This document shows, piece by piece, positions 13,099-22,500 of a stretch of 64,000 nucleotides of DNA; the stretch's first letter is position 1, and each line of letters opens with the position of its first letter. A program made the position numbers and the translations under genes. Below the pieces are notes generated by a model that ran no database searches, was not told the origin of the DNA, and saw only the letters and a list, made by a program, of their open reading frames with translations. This stretch comes from Macrostomum lignano. Its lineage: Eukaryota. Location: positions 1,659,362-1,723,361 of the forward strand of contig NIVC01000012.1 of NCBI GenBank assembly GCA_002269645.1, in the 5' to 3' direction.

Positions 13099-13768
13099 AT
13101 GATTTCTTTTTGCAATGCACTTCATTTGAGCAGTTTGTCTGTTGTCTTTTTGAAGGATTTTTGGCTGTTTTTTTGTTACTTGTAGAGAACAGAGATTCTA
13201 TCCAGATGTCCCCCATCGGGGGGCGAAGATTGCTAGTCGGGTTCTAAAAGTAGATAGAGTCACACAAAATTGTGTACTCTCTTTGTGAACTCATGCCTTC
13301 CTTAAGGCAAGTACTCGTAAGTGCACCGAATGTGGTTCTAGTTTCCAAAGTATAATAGAGTCACACAGTCTTACGTGCATTGGGGCAAAGGGAATTCCCA
13401 CCTATAAGTACGGACTCCTGCATCATTGTTTAAGTCAAGAAGTTATGTGTCTGGCCTTTTTAAGTTCAGGCCTACTTCAAATCTTAACTCCACTGAAAAT
13501 GAAACAGTAAACCGTAAACATTTGAACAGAAAAAACTAGAAAAATATAAAATAAAGCACACAAAGATAAATGACAAAAGTACCGGACTAACTTTCAAAAG
13601 ATTAGCGTCCTGTATTAAAATAGATCTGCTATGGGACGAATCGAGCCAAACAGGACGAAGTAATGTTTTAAAAAACAAAAAAACAGTAAAACGGTGCGCG
13701 AAAATTTTTTTATAATATTAGCTAATTGATAAGTTATCTTGTAAAACTACTCCACGCCAACAGTCCGC

Positions 13769-15330
13769 CTAAGGTTCGGCGGCTCCCTCGACGGCTTCCT
13801 CGGCGGTGCCGGCCAGCTGCGTCTTCTTAGCGGCGCGTCATATTTTTACATCGTCTGATTTTTTAGCCTTCTCCTCCGGACTCTGCCTGCGTTTAATGGC
13901 AGTTTCGCGGCACTGATAGTGCTGACGCCGAAATTCCTTTTCGTCTATGGTCACGCCGACGTGCTTGGCGCCACAGCTAATTTGCAGCGCAGTCGCAGTC
14001 GCAGCGCTGGCCACCTACCTGACCCTTGACGCGGCCCGAGCAGGTCTCCCGCAAGAAATGGTCCTCGTTGAACAAAGCGCGAAGGACCGCTCGTATAAAT
14101 GCGCCCTTAGCGGTGGCCAATTTTTTTGCATCTGGCCAGTTGACGAATGACTTCCGTTCGCTGCTCGATTTCGCGCTTGTCTTTCCGCTCTATTAGTATT
14201 TGCCTAAAGCCGTCGTCGTTTGACAGGCGAACCAATGCGTTGGGGTTGACTTCACGTGGCCGCATTGTAACAATAGCGTCGGCAGCCTGCACAGCACCCA
14301 TAGTCTGCTTCATTTGCGCCGACTGGTCAGTGGACCAATGACTGTGGGTATATATACCAACTTCTCTTCGTTGACTGCGTTGACACTATCAGAGCCTCCG
14401 ATTGTGCGTCTGGCAACATGTACTGCACTGAGTAGTCGTTCACACCGGCGCTCAACCACGCTCATAACCTGCTGCATTTTGGCGTCCCGACTGGAGTCAG
14501 CGTTCCCGTTCTGCGCCATTTGTTCCTCAAGCGATTGCAGTTGAGCGCGAAGTTGAACGAAGTTCAACAACTTGTGTATTACTTTGCGCCAGATGTGCCA
14601 AACGTTCCCTCTCATTTTCAATATCTTTTTCGAGAGCCCGAATGCGATCACCTGTGATAGAGTGCGTGCAGATAAATATCGAGAGTTGCTGTTATTGAAT
14701 AATTTAATGACTAGTTATTCAATACAAAGATATTGAAATTACGCAGTAAAACAATCGTTTCAACGGTTACGCACGTTGTTCGTCCACAATGGAAACTTGC
14801 GAGCGCAATTGGTTGGTTAGTGTACAACACGAACCACAATGATTCGGCGCACTATTAGTTTGCAACAGGCCCGACGCGAATGCGACGCGTTGCGCAGCAG
14901 CTATGCTAGTGTATGGTCCACTCCATATAGTGGCGCCATATCTTGCGGCCGAAGCAGTCTTTGTTTTGGCTGTCACGACGACAATGTGACCACCAACAGT
15001 GGGTTGCTCATGACGATCGTCAAGCGCAACAATATCGGTGCTAAATATCGCACCTCTGTCGTTGTTGATGTTGTAAATGACAGCCCACGCGGACGAATCT
15101 GCAGATTTATAACCGCGCATTCCATCAGAGGCAATTGCTGCGCTTGCACTGGTATTTTGGCGGTTTTTCTTTGTTGACCTCGCGCTGGCGGCCCCATCGA
15201 AGATTTCCGACTGAGGCGACACTTTCGAGACTGTCGAATGGTCGTTTGGTCGTACACTTTTGCGCGGTCGCTTTTCCGCTTGTTCTGCGTCTACAACTTA
15301 TATCAACGGGAGGTTCGTCCTCTTTTAAGT
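13769..15330 (-). pseudogene. multiply frameshifted coiled-coil + possible BEN-domain gene (pseudogene or assembly errors)
   Basis: Intron 14652-14774 (gtgcgt...cacag) joins ...VDEQ to RDRIRALEKDIENERERL (coiled coil). C-terminal KGAFIRAVLRALFNEDHFLRETCSGRVKG (14020-14108) resembles the BEN pattern F.r.Llr.lFs.e.l...svtG. At least 4 frame changes are needed. Confidence 0.5.
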
Positions 15331-15378
15331 GATTAACGCCAAGTCAAGCAGACGATCTTGACTTGGCGTTAATCACTT
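15327..15378. repeat. perfect 22-bp inverted repeat with 8-nt loop
   Basis: aagtgattaacgccaagtcaag-cagacgat-cttgacttggcgttaatcactt. Confidence 0.97.
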
Positions 15379-15893
15379 CCAAGTTCTTCTTCCTCTTCTT
15401 CTTTTTCCAACTTCTTTTTTTTCCTCTTCCAACTTCTTCTTCCAAGTCAAGCAGACGACTGAAAAGAGATTTTCAAAAGCATATAACTTCAAATGACGAA
15501 ACACGAGACATGATGTAATGATTGACGCAAAATGCGTGAAGCACATATTTACTGATACGTGTTTGATAGTGACGCAGTTACACAGTAATCGAAGAATTTA
15601 AATTGGCAGATTTCATACATAAAGTGATACCGTATAAATGTAGAGTCCCCATATTGGTGGATCGTGATGCCGCTCTTAAGATTCATTCACAGTGTCATCA
15701 AAGTGGTTGTGGAAGTACGCATCTGCTGTACAAATGACTGACCATTGATGTAAAGATCGTGTGAACGTATGAACCTTTGCCATATTTGATGCCTGTGTGA
15801 ATGAGTCTTATAACGTTCATAGATAAAGTTGAAGACGTTTATAAATACGTCATAGAAAAGCAGTGCTAATATCAAAAGCCTAACTGGCGGATA

Positions 15894-16205
15894 CAAGTCC
15901 GTTCTGACAGTTCCTGTGCACGCGTATTCTATTGCAACCGATCACTGTTCGCAGCTCAATTTACGAGTTTCGTTCGCAGCGCGCCTGTCTGAGTGATGAA
16001 GGTCGCATCGGTCTCCCACTCACCCTACTCGCATGACTTTGCCCCCTGCGACTTTTTCCTGTTTCCGACAGTCTTTTGAGCAGTGGTTTCGCCTAATGGA
16101 GAAGTGCATTGCTGTTGGAGGGAGTTACTTTAAAAAAGTTTAGAGTTTTGTTTTGTTATTAGCATTATAACCGTTCCATTCTAAAAACTTTTGGAGTGAC
16201 CCTCG
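15894..16205 (+). mobile_element. internally deleted mariner/Tc1 remnant
   Basis: HSPYSHDFAPCDFFLFP (YSPDL-type motif) fused to C-terminal FEQW..MEKCIAVGGSYF; right end ttttggagtgaccctcg|TA; flanking TA at 15892-3 and 16206-7; left TIR degenerate. Confidence 0.75.
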
Positions 16206-16269
16206 TATACAGGGCAGCAACATGCACAGAAACTGTCTGACTGAACTAGACAAAAATATACACACTGCC

Positions 16270-17940
16270 TCACAGATCAGAAATTTGATGAACGGGGCAG
16301 TCGCCGTCCCTGTGCGTACACTCGGGAACAAAGTCCTTCGGTATGGAGCACAGCAACTCGTTGATCGAACAAGATCGCCGACCCGGTCAGGCACTAGCCC
16401 CATGCTGTCGAAAGCGTCTCTGCGACGCGTCGCCTCGTCGCCGGCGCACTTGAACAGTTCGACGCTGGGCTCACCGGCATCAAAATTTAAATAGTGGCCT
16501 TCGACGACGACAATCATAATGCTGTAGCATAATACAATATGCGGCAGACATTTGCGCTCGTTTGGCCCAGTTTTCATCAGTCTGGCGCAGTGCGTCAGTT
16601 ATTCGGCGACGACCGCCGCCGCTGTATCCTTGACGACCGCCAAGCTGCTCATTATACCCAAAGTCCATGAACAGCGCCTGCGATGCCGTGCAAAACGGTG
16701 CATCGCAATCAGAACTGTCCTGCATACTGTGGTACGCAGGCTTCGACTTTGCAGGCAGTTTGAACGCTTTCAGCGTATGCCGCAGCATATATTGGGCCGC
16801 GTCAAAGCTTGAACTGCCGTGTCGATGGTTCAGAGTCTGATGCAGACCCAATATAAGCACGGCCAGACGCTGGGCTAGTAGTGCGTTCTCTATGCACAGC
16901 ACCATTGCCGACTTGGCCAAGCAGATCTGCTGGCCCTCGTTGAAGAAATGATTAGTCAAACGGCTGCACCAAAAGCACCACCTCGGTCGGCCAGTCGAAA
17001 ATTGACACTGCAGTTAGTGCATCGCACCCGCAATGTACGGCGCGGATGCGCGCCTCTTCTTTGCCTGCGGAGATGGCATTCGCATGGCGCTCTGCGAGTG
17101 TCAGGCGGCGAATTGGCCGGTGTACTGGCTGAAACACTAACTGCTGATTTTGTTTAGAAAGACGAAAAACTTCCGCACAGTGCGTGCCGACAAAGCCGCT
17201 AATGTCACGGTCGGCCATCGATGAACTGACCCCGCGAATAGCATCTGCTAATGGCAGGCTAGTCAGCATCGAGAAGCGTCGTTCAACTGTGTCATCTTCA
17301 TCGCCCGAGTCCACTATTGTGCGCAGTACCCGGACGATGGACTCTACACGCATCATCTGCAAAGGTATCATTGGATGCGCGTTTAAAGTAGCATTTAAAT
17401 CAGTAGCATTTCAATGGCATTAAAAGCAGTATATTAATAGTCGAATTCTACTTACGCGTACGTCGTCCATAATTTCTTCGAATGTTTTTCGGAGCGATTC
17501 GACGGTGGCCGCGTCTGCAGGGTCGACGGATGCAGCTGCTACAGGAGCGCAAGACTGGCCGCGACGCTGGGCGTTGGCTGGTAGATCTACCGACCGCCGC
17601 CCATGTGTCGGCTTTGCCACCTGGCCAGAAGTCATGGTTTGCGCCGCTGCTGCAGTTGTCGGCGTCTCTTCGTCTACGACGATGTCGTTGCCGTCGACGT
17701 GCAGCAGCCCTGTGCAGTACACGTCCACGAATTCGCGCACACTAGCACAGCCAACGCTCTGGACCGCTTCAACAAGCGTTTGGCGCCGGACAGCTAGGCA
17801 CGTTTTGTTGACGTCCTTCAAACTCTTTCGCGTATTTCTTTGGTCAAATGATTGGTGTGGCCGAGGTACGCGAATCATCGTTAGTAGCTGTTCGCGCAGC
17901 TGCGTGACCGAGTAGTCGAAAGAGTTCGCATATACATGTA
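16270..17940 (-). pseudogene. unidentified spliced gene with frameshifts
   Basis: ORFs 17420-17878 and 16952-17371 are joined in frame by the GT-AG intron 17357-17455 (gtaagt...ttgcag). Further segments continue after frame changes and end CTHRDGDCPVHQISDL*. No family recognised. Confidence 0.5.
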
Positions 17941-18067
17941 TAGTGGTTTACATTTTGCAGTATGATGCAAACTCTGAAATTGCATGATACATTTTTAAAT
18001 CGTATAGTAGAATTGAACGCACGGTATTGTTGGGACTTCTGCTCAAATTAATTGCAGTTAAATTAAT

Positions 18068-18300
18068 GCTCTCTCCCTTCCCTTCTTGTCCCTCTCTCCC
18101 TTCCCTTCTTGTCCCTCTCTCCCTTCTTGTCCCTCTCTCCCTTCCCTCTCTCTCCCTTCCCTTCCTATCCCTCTCTCCCTTCCCTTCTTGTCCCTCTCTC
18201 CCTTCCCTTCCTGTCCCTCTCCCTTCCTGTCCCTCCCCCTTGTCCCTCTCTCCTTGTCTCTCTCTCTCTTCCTGTTCCTCTCTTCCTTTCCCTCCTGTCC
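18068..18300 (+). repeat. CT-rich polypyrimidine low-complexity tract
   Basis: Direct inspection. Confidence 0.9.
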
Positions 18301-19449
18301 CTAGGGAGGGAAAAAGGTGCACTCAGGTGCATTTCCAAAACATGCACAAAATAGGCCACTAAAGTGCCTCTTTAGTGCACCTCGCTCACCTTTTATGCCT
18401 ACACAGGTGCATAATTTTTCCAACGGGCCTTTTTCCTTGTTCTCCCTCTCCCTGTCCCCTTCCTGTCCGAGTGGCCCTGCCCGTTACTATAATTTCTGTA
18501 TCTGTATTCTTTTTATAAATCTAAATTCGTCAGCCAATACAAGTGGTCTTCCCCTATTAGCTTCTTCCACAAGTTGTAGAACCGCCATCTAATTCGGTTC
18601 TTTTCGAACTATTGAAAAAGAAGCTTGTTAAAAAACCGAGATTTTTTTAATCACGCGACTAGAGCATGCAGAATAGAATTTGCTTATGCATTCACAGCTG
18701 CATTAGTTGCGGCGAAGTTAAGTTTCTGCTCAAAACTGGCTAGCGGGTCATCTGTACGCTCGTACTAGCGCAAAACAGTGTGGGCAGGGCGTTTGCAGTT
18801 CACCCAGGTCACAGTCAGCCACTTGAGGCTCCGTACGTGCATGCTCGTACTAATTCGAAAAAGGAGCACCCACCACCCCTTTGCGAGTCTTTAGGTAGGG
18901 GGTGTAGGGTTGAAATTCTATTCTGTGTAGAAAAAATGTAAATACAGGCTTGGATTTGTCTGCACGACATTTTAGCCAAAAATGGTCATATTCAGTGAGA
19001 TGAGACAGAAGCATAAAGAGAGACAGAGAGCTGTGGCGCTGGCTGTGTCATGGACAACTAGAATGGAACATCTGGTCGAGGAAAAGTGACAACCTAACAG
19101 GTTGTTCCTATATATCCAGCAAATAAGTCACTTGCAACCGTATTTAGTATAAAAATACGAGTATACGGATAGATTGACTATTTTAATCCAGCTCTTTTTT
19201 ATCCCTTATCATAGGTTTGTCCTAAAGATTTCTTTTTCAAACTCCATTTCATATTCGTTAGTTGCAAGTACTCCATGGCCGCGCGCTTCAGTACAGCTGT
19301 TCTGAGCAACATCTTTCTTTTCAGAGCTGTGCTCAAGCGTACCTGTAAGGACAGCCATTGGAATTCTATTGTTCATTTTCTCTTCTACGCAAGGGTGTAG
19401 TGTGCGAAGGCTGGGTGCTAGAGTAAGTGCGCTCGGGAGCCTTCTCGAG

Positions 19450-19456
19450 TATAAAA
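19450..19456 (+). promoter_or_regulatory. TATA box of the Mx-like gene
   Basis: TATAAAA 86 nt upstream of ATG 19536. Confidence 0.55.
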
Positions 19457-19535
19457 CCCTCCTGTTGCCACCCATGCCTTCCATAACGTCTGAGCTGCTG
19501 TAGTGTAAAGTGCTGACTCACCCACCGAGACAGAC

Positions 19536-22500
19536 ATGTTCAAACCGTCCGGTTCATCTGACGAATTCGGTTCGTCAATGCGCGGGTTGAAGTGAGTGCA
19601 ACTTTTATGTTAATATTTTAATCGTTAAGAAACAGGGTCACCAATCGTGGAAAGTTCCACAAGAAACAGTGACGAATCGTGGAAATTCCCACAAGAAACA
19701 GGGTCACCAATCGTCGAAAGTTCCACAAGAAACAGTGACGAATCGTGGAAATTCCCACAAGAAACAGGGTCACCAATCGTGGAAAGTTCCACAAGAAACA
19801 GTGACGAATCGTGGAAATTCCCACAAGAAACAGGGTCACCAATCGTCGAAAGTTCCACAAGAAACAGTGACGAATCGTGGAAATTCCCACAAGAAACAGG
19901 GTCACCAATCGTGGAAAGTTCCACAAGAAACAGTGACGAATCGTGGAAATTCCCACAAGAAACAGGGTCACCAATCGTGGAAAGTTCCACAAGAAACAGT
20001 GACGAATCGTGGAAATTCCCACAAGAAACAGGGTCACCAATCGTGGAAAGTTCCACAAGAAACAGGGTCACGACTCGTGGAAAGTTCCACAAGAAACAGG
20101 GTCACCAATCGTGAACTTTTAAAGTTTCAATAAATAATTTCACTAGTCAAGGCTATGGAAAGCTCCCCAAAAGTCAAGGTCACCCTTAACCGCACCCGCC
20201 CTTATCCGCAGGGGCTCCCGAACGCCCGGCCTCCGCCTGTCGGCTCGTCCAAGTCGTCGTCCGAGCGGCAGCTCCAGCTCGAATGCCGGAGAGCTCAGCA
20301 TCGCTGGACCAGCCTGGATTGTTCGCGGCCAGGAGGTGGTGAAGGACGAACCGGCCAAGGTGATCAAGTACCCGGAGCTGCACTCAGACCTGGCCAGGTA
20401 AAATACATATCGATTAATTCTGGTTCGATCTAGTTCGAAGGCCGATGGGGTTGTCGTGCAAGGCTACCAGACATTTCCCCTCGGGCATTTCCCCCTCCGA
20501 CGTCCGGAGTTCATAAGCCCGTCGTGAAATTCTTGTTAATGAGGGCCCACTGAGTCGCTAAGCTCGTGCAGCCTACTCGTGAAATAAAACGCAATTTTCA
20601 GGTCCTACAACGAGCAAATCAAGCCGTGCTATGATCAGATTGCTAAACTACGAGCCCTCGGCTTCGCCAAAGAGCTCCGACTGCCATCCATCGTGGTGAT
20701 CGGCGATCAGTCCACCGGGAAGAGCTCCGTTCTTGAGAGCATCAGCGGAGTTCGATTCCCGCGCGGCAACGGCGTGGTGACGCTCTGTCCGTTGCAGCTC
20801 AGCATGCGGACCAGCGATGATGGCAAGTGGCGCGGCAACATTCGCTACTACGACACCTACGGCAAGCTGATGAAGTGGGACATCGACGGGCCAGAGGATG
20901 TCGAAGACGCCATCCAGGAAGCACAGATGCGCATTACCGGCAATCAGCGCAACGTATCGAAGAGCATCATCGAGATGACGTTAGAAAGTCCGGAGTTGCC
21001 GAATTTGACGTTGATCGATTTGCCAGGCATTGCCAGGTACAATCACAACAGTGCCGAGAGCGGGGCCAGCCTGCACCAGCTGGTGAGTAGCCAATGGTTT
21101 CTGAGAAAGTGCCGCTATTGCCCATACCCAGAAATAAAGTTTTTGGAAAAAAGAAGATGCTTTGAAGTCTTAACCTTTAAAAGTTGGTTTCTTTGAAAGT
21201 TTTCCTTCTCAAAAGGCGTTAAAATAGTAGAAAGTTTTTTAGAGTTTCCTAGAAAACGTGGCTTTGCTGGAAAGCATGGCTTTTCTATAAAGTGTGGCTT
21301 TCATAGAAAGCGTGGCCTTTCTTAGAAAGCGTGGCTTTTCCTAGAAAGCGTGGCTTTTCCTAGAAAGCGTGGCTTTTCCTAGAAAGCGTGGCTATCCTAG
21401 AAAGCGTGGCCTTTCCTAGAAAGCATGGCTTTTTTTAGAAAGCGTGGCCTTTCCTAGAAAGCATGGCTTTTTTTTAGAAAGCGTGGCCTTTCCTAGAAAG
21501 CGTGGCCTTTCCTAGAAAGCGTGGCCTTTTCTAGAAAGCGTGGCCTTTCCTAGAAAGCGTGGCCTTTCCTAGAAAGCGTGGCCTTTCCTAGAAAGCGTGG
21601 CCTTTTCTAGAAAGCGTGGCCTTTTCTAGAAAGCGTGGCCTTTCCTAGAAAGAGTGGCCTTTCCTAGAAAGCGTGGCCTTTCCTAGAAAGCGTGGCCTTT
21701 TCTAGAAAGCGTGGCCTTTCCTAGAAAGCGTGGCCTTTCCTAGAAAGCGTGGCCTTTCCTAGAAAGCGTGGCCTTTTCTAGAAAGCGTGGCCTTTTCTAG
21801 AAAGCGTGGCCTTTCCTAGAAAGAGTGGCCTTTTCTAGAAAGCGTGGCCTTCCTAGAAAGTGTGGCTGTCCTAGAAAGTGTGGTTGTAATCTTTTTTTCA
21901 TAAAAGTCGTAAAATTTCTTAAAAAATGAGAATGTAAAAAAGTTACGTTGCAGGAGCTAAAATAATTTTTTTATTCTTAGACCGAGGAAAATTTTGTAAG
22001 AGTAATTCTTTCAAAAATTAGTCACGCATTGAGATTTCGAAAAAAATAATATTTCGCATGTTGGTTGTAAGTCTTTAACTTTAAAACAGCATTTAAATCG
22101 AAAACTATATTCGCACTCTGCCAGACAACGGACATCATCAAAGAGTACATCAGACGCGAGGAGACAATCATTCTGGTTGTGATTCCGCTGACTTCCGACA
22201 CCGCCACAATGGAGGCACTGCAGCTGGCTAAGGACGCCGATCCCTACGGAATGCGCACAATTGGTGAGGTTCCCGCATTTCAGACACTAAATTCATTCTT
22301 TCTTCGTGTCTAGACTACTGGTAGTAGCTCGAATTGAGCGACATACCTGAAGACGGGCGAAATTTAGATACATGTAAATTCCCTGGCTAGATGGTTTGAC
22401 AATTGAAAAACCCAGACTGGACACTGCAATTACTGTTGAATCTTCTAAATTCATACGATTAAAAATACCAAAAACTTTTTACCCCAAATCAGGCGTGCTC

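Larger units (their letters stand above)
9900..13236 (+). mobile_element. non-autonomous Helitron, unit 3
   Basis: Same architecture as unit 2; ends gattgCTAG|T at 13236/13237. Confidence 0.85.

Noticed and set aside
9340-13247. LGDACY / ASIPQI repeat proteins
   Set aside because: 18-bp minisatellite inside Helitrons, open in most frames.
20155-20433. ORF-track start of the Mx gene at 20155
   Set aside because: Wrong frame; splicing from 19591 to 20212 gives a continuous frame into the GTPase domain.
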